DNA of 64,000 bases from Rhizaria sp. SCN 62-66 (lineage: Eukaryota), in assembly GCA_001724265.1 (NCBI GenBank), contig MEDY01000121.1, forward strand, positions 1 through 64,000. The letters are read 5' to 3'. Shown piece after piece: positions 13,701-27,194 of this stretch; positions within the stretch are counted from its first letter, which is position 1; each line of letters starts with the position of its first letter. The position numbers and the translations under genes were made by a program. Below the pieces are notes generated by a model, which worked only from the letters and a program-made list of their open reading frames with translations, was not told the origin of the DNA and did no database searches.

Positions 13701-16700
13701 GCGGATACTGAGTCGGATCTTGGCTCAACCGGTGACGACGAGAACAGCGGTGCTGCTGGCAAGCGTGGTGGCAGCAATGAAAACGTCCGCGGCAGTTCTA
13801 AATCAGCAGCAACCCTTAGTGACCGTGCCACGGGAGGCGCCAGTAGTGTTCTCAAACAAGCGGCGTATAAGCCGGTGCTTGCTGGCGTCGTCCAGAGCAG
13901 GGCTGCCAGCAAGGTTATGCCTCAAGTTGACGCTCATGTTGAGACTGGCACTGAGACCGACTCGGAGACCGAGGCCGTCGCACTGCGCATGGCGCGCAGG
14001 CAAGGCCGCAGGAACGCGTTGAGCGGCTCCCCCGACACCACCAGCGCGGTTCACAGAGCTGCTGACGCCGCCGCCGCTGATGCCGCTGTTGTTGGCGGTG
14101 ACAGTGAAGCTCCTGCAACAGTGCGCGACGCGGCGGCCGTGGGCCGTGGCAGCGGCAGCGCGGCTGATCTGGACGAGGTTGACCTAGCGTTGTCACTTGC
14201 CCAAGAGCTCATCGGCACCACCACGAACAATGCAGTTCGCGCGAGCTCCAAGACGAAGAGCTTGACTGATGCTGACATTGAGTCGCAGCTCCTCCAGTCC
14301 GAGTCTCCGCCTCCTCCTCCGCCGCCACTGCCACTGCCTCTCTCCCTGCTGTCACAACCACCTCCCCTGTCAGAGCCTGAGTCACTGACACAATCTCTCA
14401 TGCACCTACGACTGCGGTCTCCTCTGTCTCCGCCGCCGCCCCCGCCAGTTCGCGCCCCTCTTGCAATGCGGCTCAACTTCATGAGCCCCGCGGTCGCCTC
14501 TGCAGCGCTGACACTGAGTCAGCAGCGGTTCACGGTCACTCAATATGACTCGACCAGCTCAAGCGCAGTCTCAGGTGCGCGCAGTGCTGAGAGCACGTAT
14601 GCGTCAAGTGCCGGTGAGGACGCGCATGCTGGGGATTTCGCTGCTCATGAAAGTACGGCTGTAAGCATCAATGTGAGCCCGGAGACTGCGGCTCGGGCTT
14701 GGACAAGCATCCTCGTGGGATCGAACAAGCTGCGCAGCGACTTCGCGCAGCAAAGCGACCGGGGGCACGCAGATTATGACCGCAGTCAAAGCCACAGTCA
14801 TCATCACCCCATGAACGGCCGCCGTTGCTCTCGGCGGCACGCAGGGCAAAGCGTTCATGGTGACGGTGGCGTTGAGTGGGGCGCGTTGTTGCCAGTTCTT
14901 CTTGACAGCAATATTAGCTCAAGCGTGAGCGACGATCACATACGTCAGGATTATTATAACAGCAGCAGCTACATCGATGGCCAGTTCTTTGTTGATGACA
15001 GTGACACGGAGGCTGAGACCGAGACTGAGACCGAGACCGAGTCTGAAAACGGAGCTGATTTGAGCGACGGCGAGAGTAGCAGTGACCGCGGCTTCAGTCC
15101 GAGCAACAGCGACAGAGACGGTGCTGCTTTCCGTCGCAGTCGTGTTGCTCTTACTCAAAGCACGCTTGCTCAGACTGGCAAGTCCGCGGCTGCGCAAAGC
15201 AAACGCAAGACAACAGCACCTAGAGCTGCTTATAAGAACGACGATCGTGGTCTAGATAGCATTGCTCGTGCCGAACTTACTATGCTTGACAGTCCGCCGC
15301 CGCCTCCGCCACCGCTGCCTGCGTCACCCGCATCTGAGTCGCCATCTCCGCCACCCCCGCCGCCGCCGGTATCGGCGCCATCAGCGGCGAACAGCCAGAT
15401 TCACGGTCGCAAGCATGTTGACAAGGTCAAGCGCAGCAAATCGAAGACCACCCGCTCTGGCGCGCGCGCGAGTGCAACTAGAACCGTCTTTGAGACCGTG
15501 TCTGCAGTGGTTGCTAGGCTGTTCGACGCATTAGCTACGACTCGCAGCAACGCCGTCCTAGTTCGCACCCGCGCCGCGTCTGGTCAGGTGACACAGCCGA
15601 CGCCACAGTCTGATCATGCACAGGATCTCACGCCTCTGTCTGAGCTGTCTCTCCTGGCCCACTCACCGGTGACTCAGCCAACACCGGTCACAGCGGCGGC
15701 CGCAGGGGCTGCAGCGTTGGCGGCAGCAACGAGGGCGACGGCAGCGACATCAGGCGCGGCACATGCTGCACCTGAGGCCACGGCGGCAGCAGCTGTTACG
15801 GCTTCTGCTGTCGACGCTGATGTTGCAGTGGTAGCGCTGACTACGACGTCAACAGCCGCGGCAACAACAGCAACAACGGTTGCTGTGGCAGATGCAAGCT
15901 CCAAACCCCCAGTGCCAGCGTTCGCAAAGACAGTTGGGTCCACCTCTGTCTCGAGCGCCAAGACAGCGCCCATGGCTTCGACGGCAACGGCCACCATGGT
16001 CACTGCGGTCAAAACCAAGACGGTGGCCTCAGCAGTGGTGCCTGGGTACATGCGGTCACGCTCTGCCCCTACAACCACCAACAGCAACTCAAACAGCAAC
16101 GCTGGCGCGGCGGCCAGCACTGCACTCGCAGCAAAGAGTAAGATCAAGTTTGTTGCTCCAAGCACAAGCTCAATCACGAGCAGTACTCCTGGTGTAAGCG
16201 CTGCTGCTGCAGGCAGTAGCGTTAAAGCAAAAGCTAAAGCCTATGCTGAGACAACTGCTGCAGCTGATGCAGCTGCTGCGAAGTCTGCGACTGCCACTGC
16301 TAGTGCTACGACTGCAGCGGCAACAGCAGCAGTATTGACGTCGGCAAAGACAAAGGTCGCCGCAAAGTCAGCCGCTGCTCCGTCATACGCTGCGCCGACG
16401 CGTGCTTCGACGCGGCGCACGGCCGCTGCGGCCGCCGGCAGCACGGGCGCGATCGCAGGCAGCAGCGGCGTCAGTGGCTCGCCGTCACAGTCGTTGCCCC
16501 AGTCGCCAGCACAGTCGCTGCCGCAGTCGGCGCGGGCGCTCGGCAGGGCTGGGGTGAGGCAGCCTGCGGGCTTTCGCAAGACTGCCGGCGTCAGTCAGAG
16601 TGCAAACGCTAAAACCGTCAAGAGTTTGGCGACTCGCGCCGTAGACATTGAGACTGCAGCTGAGACCACTGCTGAAGCCGCTGTTGTTGCGGCGATAGCT

Positions 16701-19700
16701 GGTACGCCGGCTGCCGGAGCTCAGCCGCCCACGCCCCCGTGTGACGACTCAGTCCCCGTGACGGACGAAAGCAGCCCCACGCTTCCTCATCTCGGCTCAC
16801 AGTCGCAGCCGCCACAGGACCTGGACGCGCAGTCCCAACTTCGGTCCTAGCTGCCGTCTCCGCTCGACCGTATTCTGGAGTCGCAGTCCCAGTCCCAGTC
16901 GCAGCCGCCGCTGTCAGAGCTCGGCACTCCATCTGCGACGAATATGACCGGAGGGCCTGTGCTTGCGTCAGCTGCTGAGACTGAGACCGAGGCAGGCACC
17001 GGGTCCGCGCCTTTCTCCGTGTCGGTGGCGACCCCGACCCCTGTGCCAGTCACCGAGACCGAGAACTCTGCAGCTGCTGCTGCGGCTGTCAATGAAGCGC
17101 ATGTGCAAGTTCCAGCTCCGATGGAGGCGTCGGCGGCCTTGGCGGCAATGGCAACGGCGGTCCTGTCAGACGCCGCTAACAGCACAAAGAACACTCACAC
17201 GGCCCCTATGGATGTTGTTTCTGGCACTGACGCAACTGGCACGCTGGCTGGCACTGGTACTGGCGTCACGGGGTTGAGTGCTGCTGAAGTGCCCACAGCT
17301 CTCGTGCCACTCGTCGCAGCGTTGCCCTGCGCGGCAGCCGCTGCATCTGCGGTCGCGATGCACGCTGCCACCGAGCACTCGAGTCTGTTCGACGCAGTGT
17401 CGCTCTACTCCCAGCGCAGCGCTACACACTCGCCCTCGCACTCGCACATGACGAGCGTGCTGGCCTACACTGAGCACAGCAGCACCAACGTGACCGCAAT
17501 GAACACCACGCCGCAGCCGCTGCCGCTGCCACTGATGACACAGCTCAGCCGTGACCTCAGCGGTTACGGCGACTCTAACGGCGGCGGCCACGTCGCCGGT
17601 ACGCGCGGTCTCGGCCTCGGTACGCATGGGCTGAGCGTCGTCGCTGGGGAGACGATTTCTCTGTTGCCGACGCTGGTCGAGCTCGAGGGGCGCTCGGAGC
17701 ATGACATGCGCGCGCGGTACTTAGCCGGCGACGCACGTGTAAGTGCGGTGGGGCACTTAAGTGCGGCGGGGCACTTGGACCAGCAGCGGGGGCGCGCCAT
17801 CTCGCAGCAACACGTGCCGATGTTACTCCCGCCACAGACTCACTTGCAGCCGCTGTTGCTCATGCAGCCATCGTTGCAGGCGCAGTCCCAGTCAACACAG
17901 CCGCAGGCACACCTGCAGCCGCAGGTGTCGCAGCCGTCGTCGTCGCTGTCGTCGTTTTCCGTGCCAGCGCATGATGCGCTGTCTCCATTCCCAGGATCGC
18001 AGCTTCAGCAACCAGCGAGCGGCATGAGCAACTTCGTCGATTCAGCTTGTGTTTCTGAGACTGTGGTGCAGTCTGTGCACGGGACAGAATCTGCGCTCGC
18101 ATCGGGCTTGGCGACGAAGCAAGAGACCAGCACGCTAACGGTGATAAGGACTGGAGCACGGTCACCGCTGCTGCCCACAGCCGCGGTCTCCACATCTTCG
18201 AAATCTAGCTCCGACGGCCATCGCCCCGATCAAAGTCCGCACTCTCGTGCTCCACATCGTGAGCAAGAGTCTGCTGCGGCCGTTGCGTCACAGTCACTGA
18301 TTGTGGACACTGCTGGCTCACCGTCACTTGCTACCGACTCACAGTCGCCAGTAGTGACTGTGGGCGGAGCGGAGTCTCCCCTGTCTCCGCCGGCAACAAC
18401 GCCCGCGCCAGACCAGGCACCGGCACCGAAGCGTGCGCTTGCAGCCGCCAGTGTGACCACTGCAGACGCGCTAGCTGCCGCCGCTCTGCCGGCGCCGCCG
18501 CTGGGGCGCGTGCTGGCGTCCGATCTCGTGACAAACAACACGACGCTCGCGAGTGCTGCTGCTGCTGAAGGCGACTATACCGCCAAGTCCAGCGTCGCGG
18601 ACGCCAGCGCTAGCGCCAGTGGCGGCGCTGTTGGTGCTGCTGCGCGCAGTGACGCCAGCCGGCCGAGAGTTCTCGTCGAGCTTAGCATTGACCTGATTGC
18701 TAAGGCAGCGCACTACGGCAACAACAAGCTAATTCGCAGCCGCAGCCAGCGCCGCCAGCAGCGCCGTCGGCGAGCGCACGACCACGGCTACGGCGACAGC
18801 GGCGAACTTGCGCTCAGTCTCGCTCACGGCCACAGCCAGAGTGTGAGTCGCGGCCTCGGCATCCTTGCTCACAGCCACCCACATGCACACGCACACAGCC
18901 ACGTGCAAGTCCACGGCCAGCCCCATCTAATGAAGCCTGATATGGCCATAACTGGGCCGGGACTAATGCATGTGCTGGCGCCGCTGCCCGGTGTCAGCAG
19001 CAGCAATGTGAGCGAGTGGGGCGACGCGTCAGTGCCGCGCTCTAGTACTTACACTGGTCTAAGTGGCGCGGGCGTCGACAGCGCCGACAAGTATCTTGCG
19101 ACCGGTGTGACCCGCGACACGCACGGCCTCCACGGCAACGATGAGGCAAGCGGCATCGTCGCGGCCATCAAGAGCGACAACAGCTTATCCAGCGCTGTCG
19201 ATACAAGCGCCTACAGTGACAACGACACTGACGGCGACGGCGACATCGATGATGGTGATGATGACGATGTGACGAGTCTGAGCATCACCGTCATAGCGCC
19301 TGAGCTTTGCGCCGCTCTGAGAGCCATCGGCGTGCCCTCTCAGTCCCACCACGAGCACGCTGGCGAGTCTCTGCCACACGCGCAGGCGCGAGCGCAGGCG
19401 CAGGCGCAGGCTCAGCTTCACGCCTATGCGCGGGCGCACGCGCAGTCTGAGCGCTCGCAATCACAATCGCAGAGCTCCGACTCGCAACACTCGCCGCCAC
19501 GGCACATGGACTCGCAGTCCCAGTCGCAGCACGTGGACGTGCACAAGAGCTCTCGCGTGGGCCCCGAGTCTAAGTTTGTCGTGTCGCAGTCATACTTGCG
19601 CTTTCGTCGCAAACGCGTTGACTCGCAGCACTTACGCGCCAACGGTAGCAGCGTCGGTCTCGGCGCAGCTGTTGGCACTTGCATCAGTGTGACCAGCTCG

Positions 19701-21749
19701 GTCATCACAGAGTGTGGCAGCTTTAGCGATTATGGCTTCACGGTAAACACCCGCCAGCTTCATACCGACGCGACTGTAACGATGACGACGGCAACTGCAG
19801 CGGTAGTCGCGCCAGCACACACTGATGTTGTCGCTCCGCTCGCCGCTCCTGCTGCGCAGTTGCTGGCGCCCCCCTTAGACAACGGCGGCGCGGCGGCGGC
19901 AAGCTACTTAGACTGGCCGACTCCAAGCGTCGCCTCTGCATCGTCCCCGCCTTTGCTGTTAGCGCCGCCGCCGGTGCGGCAACGGCTTTCACAGGGCAGC
20001 AAGGAGAACCCCGAGGCCAACGAAAACGCGGTCAGCTCAAGCACGAGCGGCAGCCTTGGCAGCGGCGAAAGCAGTGGAGATAACGCTCTCACACGGACTG
20101 ATGCAGTGCGTGCAACGAGTGAGCACAACGGCAAGCTTGAGCAGTTATTCGCGCAGCCGCAGCTGCAGCAGACGCAGTCGCAGCTTTGGCCGGCGAATCC
20201 AGAGGGCGCAATTGCCAGCGATGCGGCTGAGAGTCGCGATGAGAGCACCCGCGTCAAGCGCAACGGCAAGGCCAAGAGCGGCACTCGCTCAAGGCTGGGG
20301 ATTCCGCTGTCTCTTGTCTCATTGCTGCGCAACGCGTGCGTTTGCCCCCGTACGGGCGCGGTCATCCCCCTGCACATCCTGGGCGCCAGCACCGGTACGG
20401 GTACTCATGATGCTACTGCTGGTGCTGGCGCTGTAACTCGTGAGTCAGAGACAGAGGCTGGAGCGCCGACAGCAGTGACAACACCGGCAGCGCCAACCGC
20501 TGTGCACGTCCTGCGCCCGCTGCTGCCGCGCCTCATGTTGTCCGCAGCCTCGCCGTGCCCACGGGCAGCGCTGCGCCTCAGGCTCAGTCAAAGCCTCGGT
20601 CTCAGTCAGAGCCAGAGTCAGAGTCAGGAGTTCGACCTTGATCGCGGTCTAGATTTGAGTGAGAGCCTACTCCAGAGCCTCGGCCTCAGCCTCAGCCACG
20701 GCTTCGCTGTGGCTGCGCCCAGTGCTATGGACACGCTGACGCTGGCGACCCCATCGTCGTCGGTCGCCACGCAAACGCGCACTGTGTGGACGCAGCACCA
20801 CGAGGCCACCTCTGCAAGTGCCGGTGAAGATAACATAGCGGATCACGACAAGAGCGTTGCTGCAGCCCAAGACGAGACCCAGACTGCGGCCGAGCGTGCC
20901 GGCTTTAACGCCGCCGCTGTCATCCTGACCGGGCCAGAGTCAAGTTTGGCCAGTCCCCGCGATACCGCTGTCGGCCCAAGCAGCGCGACTGGCAGCGTCA
21001 CAACGGTGGTCTCGCCGATGCCCCGTCCTCACATTCACTCTGCCGTTGCGGCGACACGGCCGCGGCAAAGTCAAGCTGCGTCGCTCGGTACAAGTCAGAC
21101 TGCAGTGACAGAAAGTCAAGCCGCGTCTGTTGCGCTCCCCAAGAAGCTGACACGCACGTTGCAGCCTTCGTCGCAGTCTAACGGCAAAGGTGGAACAGCT
21201 GGAGCGGATGCGAGCTCGCCGGCAGCAGTGCCGCCGCCCAAGCTGCCGCACTCGCTTACGCGGCCGCAGACCCCGGTGCAGTCCGTGGCACAGTCGCAGT
21301 CGCCGTCGGGGCTGCTGTCCGGAGCGTCGCCGGTCGCGGCCGTGCCGTCGCGGACGCAGACGCCAACCATGGAGCAGCAGCAGCAGCGGCAGAAGCAGCG
21401 ACACAGGCACAAGCATCAGCAGGTGCCGCAGCAGCGCGGGACACTACTGTCAGCGCCCGCTAGCCCCGGTGCAACTCCGGGCATAAACACTATCGCCAGC
21501 ACGGGAATTGCCAAAAGTGTCAGCGTCGGCATGGGCTCCGTCGCTGACGTTGCTGCCAGCGCTGGCACCGCCGCGGCTGGCGGCTCTAGTCTGGCCGTCG
21601 CCGGCGCAGCTAACGGGGCGAGCGGCAGCAGCATTAGCAGCTCGAGCGCGCGGCTGCCGCCGCTGCCGTCGTCGCGCTCGTACCAGAACAACACCGGTGC
21701 AAACGTCAATAGCGCGGTGTTCACAGCTGCCACAGTGTCGCAACAACAA

Positions 21750-21785
<36 letters not shown>

Positions 21786-24700
21786 AGCAACGCCGTGTTT
21801 GACTACAAGAAAAGCCCGCCGCAGCACCCCTCTGCGAGTGCAGCCACTGAGCCTGCTGCCGACGTCGCTGCATTGCGCGATACGCAACAAGAGCAGCTGT
21901 GGCAGCAGCAGCGCGAGGGTCCGGGACAGAGGCTGCTGATGCAATCCCGATCACAGCATCACCCGAAAGCGCCGTCCAAACCGCAGCTGATATCACTGCT
22001 GCAAGACGGCTCGCAGTCCAAGTCCCATCACAAGCCGCAGTTGCAGTCGAACCTAGCGATAAAGCCGCAGCTCCCGCAGCAACGCCAGCAGCCGCACGCT
22101 GACGTCGAGGCGCTCGCACAGCGGCCGCAGCCGCATCACCACCACCATCACCACGGCCACGGCCACGGCCACGGCAACGGCCACGCGCAGTCCCCGCCGC
22201 ACCTAGAGCGGACGCACAGCCGCCCGCCGGCGCCGATGTTCGAGCCCCTGGTCAGAGACTCGGCGTCCGAGGCCGCTGACGCGCGCGCTGTCGGTGCTAC
22301 AAAGACTGGGGCCGAGGCTGCGACTGTGGTGCCTGCGACGGCGACTGTAGCTGCAAGCGCGACGGTCGGCGTTAACGTGGCAGCAACAACACCTTCTGCG
22401 GCTGCCGATGCTGCGAGTATGTCTGCATCGAGCGGGCTATCGCTGTTCGCAACGCGGCCAATCTGGGCACAAGGCAAACGCAGCATGGGTGGCGATAGTA
22501 AGGGCAAGTCTAAGGAACCCGTTCAACGGCAGGCGCAGGCTGCTGGTGACGAACTTGGCCGTGACAGCGAGAACACTGATGATCACAGCACTGCGCATCA
22601 CCGCCGGCGTTCGCTTTGCACGGGTGACGACAGCCTCACCGAGAGCGAGAGTGACAGCCAAGCCAGTCGTGGTGACACAAGTGCGGACAGCAGCCAGAGC
22701 AGCCGCAGTACCAGCGCCAACCGATGTTACGACGGCGAGGGAGAGCCTATTGCTAAGCGAGTCTTTGTCCCAAGCATTCATATCGACAACGATAATGCTC
22801 AAGGCGCTGGCGAGGATGACGTTGAGATCAGCGCTGTGCCCGCAAGCACTGTTTTTGTTGGCGCCGACGCTACCGCCACTGGCACTCGCTTTACGGCGAC
22901 CGGTGGCGGTGACACGCCTCGCGATAGCGACCGCGCGCGGCACCTCCGGCACCGCTTCATCATGACCTCAACGAGCAGCAGCAGCGCCGCCCCGGTCACT
23001 GACCGTACAGCAGAGACTGAGCAGCTGCGAGCGACTGACACGGAGCAGCAGCGCACGAGTGACCGTGAGCACGAGATGGCGGCAGCAGGCCCGCCCGCCT
23101 GGGGCCCTGTGCTGCCGACGCTGCTGCTGAGCGCGACGGACAGCACTGCGGCGACAGCAACGCTCACGACTCCGCCCAGCAGAGGCGAGAACACTGAGCA
23201 CATCAAGGGTGTGAGTAAGAGCGGCGGCGACACGACCAAGACGGGCGTCAACGCTGCTGAATCTGGGCTAATGTTGCACTCCAACGCACAGCTGCAGCCG
23301 CAGCGGCAGCAGCCGTCTGGCCAACAACAACAAACTGGCCCTGGCGTAGATATGAGCAGCCCCACGAAGCAGTATAAGCACAGCTTTCTGCGCCGGCAGA
23401 CGCTGCAGCCCGGCTCCGCACACAAGCAGTACTACCACACTCTCACCAACGCGGGTACTCGCACCCGCGCCAGCGGGTTCAGTGTCAGCAGCACAGTTGG
23501 ACACATCGACGCAATGGGCAGCAGCGTCGCTGGTGGCAGCCACTTGCTGACAACGCGCGGCCACAGCTCGCACAGCCACCCCAACATGACCGTCGCTGCC
23601 CACAGTCAGCTTGGCGTTGACAAAGCTGCAGCGATCGCAGGAGCGGGCGCTAACGGCCAGCGGACACTCGCGACGGCCTCTGCAGCGGAAGCCACGCCCC
23701 TGCGCCAGGAGTCGATGTTGCAGCAGCAGCAGCAGCAGCAGCAGCAGTCGCGGTCGCGATGGTGTCTCTCGCTGCCACCGTCCGCCGCCGCCTCGGCCAG
23801 TCTGCCGCTGCCGCCATCCCTTTCGCAGGCCCACTCGCATTCACGCTCGCACTCACAGTCTGAGTCGGACCCGGAGTCCCCGACGCCGCCGCTGCCGCCG
23901 TCGCTGCAACTTACGGCCGCCGCCCCGGCCCTCCCATCCTCGGCCTCGGCCTCCGCGCTGGCGCTCATCCTGGCCGCCGCCATGGCCGGCTCCGGGTCTG
24001 ACCCTAGCTCTGGCCCCCGCTCTGGACACAGCTCCGGCATCGTCTCAGCATCGCTGCCCAGCTCTGCTTCCGGGCAGGCCAGCGCGTTCGGCGCCGCCGC
24101 CAGCGCCGGCGCGGCGGACGACAGCGGCGCAGAGATCGCCGAGAAGGTGGTGACGACGACGGCGACGGCGACCGGCCGCGCGGCGGCCGGCGTCCTGCCC
24201 GGCTCGGCGGCCGTGTCAGTGCTGACGCTCACGTCCACGGTGCCGACGCCGGCGCAACGCGGGCGCAGGCTTGACGCCACGGGGACACCGCAGCACCATG
24301 CACAGCTCTACTCGCAGCAACAGCTGCAGCAGCAACACCAGCACCAATCGCAGTCTCATGCGCTGCTGCTGCAGGCGCAGCAGTATCACATGCGCCGACT
24401 GCCGTTGACGGTGGCTCTGACCCCGACCCACAGTCAAGACCAGGGTATCAACAACCACATCGAGACCCATACGCACACGCATCCGCCCGGCCATGTTCAT
24501 AGCCACGACCACAGTCGTCACTCCTACCACGGTCACCATTACGGTCACGGCCACGGCCACGGGCACGGACACGGACACGCTCACCGGCATAGAGCAACGA
24601 CGCCGTCAGCGACCACCCCGGGCGCTGGCGCCGCCACTGGCACTGGCGCTGGCGCTGGGTCGCTTGCGGCGCAGTCGCTGGCGCCGCTGCCGTCGCCGTC

Positions 24701-25427
24701 GTATTACGACATGAGCACGGTAGGCATCCCGCGCGGGCTCAGCGCCGTGCGCCACCTGCTCGACCGCAGGCTCGGCGCGGGCGCGCTCGTCGGCCGCATC
24801 TGCGACACGCGCTTCACCGCAACCAGCAGCACCAGAAGCACCAGCAGCACAAGCAGGAGCTCCAGTATAAGCACCAGTAGTGTCAGCAGCGGCGACTTGC
24901 GAGGTGCTGCGGCTACCACCAGCGGCGCTCAGGGCACGCATCATGACACGCATGACGCAGGTGTGGCGAACGCAGGGGGTGACAGGCGCCGAGATACTAC
25001 GGTGGTGTTACCATCAACACCAGGGCCGGGCGCGCAGCGCGCAGACACTCACAGTCAGCCTCGCGAGGAGAGTCACTCAAACACGCTCTCTTAGCTGCAC
25101 GCGAGCGCCAGCCCCAGCGCTGCGCCAGCCGCGGCCGCAGATGGCGTCTGGGCCGCTGCTGAGGCAAGGGCGACGGCGGTGGCGGTGGCTGCGGGGCTGC
25201 TACTGTCGCAATCCCCGGAGTCAGCGGCCGAGACGGGGAGTGAGTCTGCCAGAGAGAGAGCTTCTGGGGCTGCGGCGAAGTTGGCACCCGCTGCAGCCGC
25301 AGAGACGGCGTCCGCAGCGCCGGCATCGGTCACGGTGACAGTGACGCCAGCTGTAACTGAAACGACTGCGTCTGGGACTGAAGCTGCAACTGGGCCGGGG
25401 GAAGAGCGTGAACCTGGGACTGTGTAA
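5214..25427 (+). CDS. Giant low-complexity protein of unknown function (~6,580 aa if three in-frame TAG codons are read as sense)
   Basis: Exons 5214-5345, 5476-7394, 7556-7796 and 7971-25427 join in frame via GTACGT..AG introns. ORFs 7566-11486, 11511-16850, 16944-25094 and 25179-25427 share one frame and are separated only by single TAGs. The final TAA (25425-25427) is followed by AT-rich sequence. A possible extra 5' exon at 4847-4946 (GTACGA donor, acceptor 5196) is phase-compatible and would add 39 aa. Confidence 0.7.
10748..10795 (+). repeat. CAG/CAA trinucleotide tract (polyGln)
   Basis: Visible CAA/CAG run in the giant gene; a similar tract lies at 21741-21785. Confidence 0.9.
11484..11486 (+). 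other. In-frame TAG inside coding sequence (candidate sense codon)
   Basis: GGG GCC GCG TAG TCC CTG GCA; the same frame stays open and coding-like for 5.3 kb downstream. Confidence 0.75.
16848..16850 (+). other. In-frame TAG inside coding sequence (candidate sense codon)
   Basis: CTT CGG TCC TAG CTG CCG TCT; the same frame stays open for 8.2 kb downstream. Confidence 0.75.
25092..25094 (+). other. In-frame TAG inside coding sequence (candidate sense codon)
   Basis: ACG CTC TCT TAG CTG CAC GCG; 110 further Ala/Thr/Ser-rich codons follow to TAA 25427, where base composition switches to AT-rich. Confidence 0.7.
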
Positions 25428-25931
25428 AATGAAGCGGGTGATTGACAGTAACAACGATTATTTAAGGATGTCATGCGGCGCATGACATATGAGACTTAAG
25501 ACAATCTGAATATGTAATGTACAGCTGTACTCCCAAATGCGCAATAATATAGTGAGCGAATTATCAACCTGAAACGAATACAAATAGATTTGAACTTAAA
25601 TGTGTTCTCACTGGTCAGTTGAAGATGGACGAAAATAAAACAAGAATGAATCCAAAGAAAAGTGACTGTGTATCAAATTATAAACACGAATAAACTTACA
25701 AATAATAGAACTAACTAATTATGATCATACACTTACAAGTAACCATAGCTTCTTCTAAAAGCTCCCAACATCGAAATGAGTAACGCTTGGCCCTCAGCCA
25801 GCTCAAAACAACGCGAAAAGTCAGCCGTCACATCGGCCGTCACACACGTGTCTGGCAATACCGTCACGCCACACACGCGGTACGTGACGTGAGTTTGGTG
25901 CGCGTTGCTTTTCCTAACCCCGTGTGGGGAT

Positions 25932-26446
25932 TTAGCCGATGAAGGTGGTGACAGCGAAGAAGAGGAGGAGGTTGCACACGACGAAGCTGGCGAAGGCGTT
26001 CTCGGGGGAGATGCCGCCAAAGTCCTTGGGGTGGAGCAGCTGGAGGCGCAGGCAGACAACGAGGACAAAGAAGCCCGCGGTGGAGAAGAGCGAGGACACG
26101 AACGAGTTGAAGGGGTACTGGCCGGCGAGGACGATGTAGGCGATTTGGAGCAGGCCCAGGAGCACGGAGAAGACGAGGAAAAGGTCGATCACCTGAACCT
26201 TGTTCGGGGTCGACTTGCGGTACTCGGTGATGAACTGGTGGCCGAGGTCCGTCCACTGGGACAGGAAGCTGGAGTGGGAAAAAAATGGTAGGGTGGACAG
26301 AGCGAATGACAAGGTGAGAGGAAAGCATTAGTGGACAGTGATAGGATCGGAGCAGCCGAAGATACCAAGTCCAAAATAACACAGTAGCACGGTGTAAACA
26401 AAAAGAAAGATACGTACCCGTCGGACGACTTCTTGGCAGAAGACAT
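25932..26446 (-). CDS. DAD1: Oligosaccharyltransferase subunit DAD1/OST2
   Basis: Exons 26446-26418 and 26268-25932. Motifs EYRKSTPNKVQVIDLFLVF, GQYPFNSFVS, VCLRLQ, GISPENAFASFVVCNLLLFFAVTTFIG; stop TAA. Confidence 0.95.
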
Positions 26447-27194
26447 TCTGAAATAAGGGAGAGAGAAACGAAAGGAAGAGCGAGGGCAAGGCGAAATGGA
26501 TATGCGGGATGAGCGAGGAGTATCGACATATACAGCGAGTCCCAGCAAGTAGCTGTTACCGTCTAATAAAGACGACAAACGTATAATTGGTGTGGCATTG
26601 TTAAGACGTTGAATGCAATAGAAATGACGTCGAGATTCTCGAGCTATGAAACGTCAAAGATCGGCTGACATAGCCTCGGCTCTCTCTGGCTGAAATCGCA
26701 TTCGGTTCCCAAAAAATCAAGGGTCGAGCGAAAATGATTTTTGGAAACAGGGCCTCCAAGGGGCACTTTCAAAGCCTTCATAGAGCATCAAGGCGACGAC
26801 CGTTGCTTCTGACGTCGATTATCATATGCATTCTGTTTATGAAATATTTGGTGGGACTATTCAAAGTGCCACACTCTATGGGCCTGGTCGTCCTGGACTC
26901 CCGACTGCTCCTTGCCCTTCAGTGCTCCTCCCAACCTCCTTTCCGTCACTCGCCACCGTCCCTATATGCCACGATTTGAACATCGGGAAGCGATGTTATG
27001 CATGCATGTACTCTGTACAATCTTTTGGTGTTGACCCGATTGTCAATAGCGCCTGACTCCGCCCGTTGTGCCCCCCTCAAGCCCTTACCTAGACTCACCC
27101 CACTTCCCTTGCCCTGTCCCTTCCTCCCTCCCTTTTCTCGCTGCCCTTCTTGCCGTTCCGCGTCTTCCCCTTCCGCATCCACAGTGTAGTACAG

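Noticed and set aside
11511-25094. ORFs 11511-16850 and 16944-25094 as independent genes
   Set aside because: They lie only 24 and 93 nt from the previous ORF, in the same frame, with no AT-rich intergenic sequence. Real intergenic gaps in this window are several hundred bases or more.
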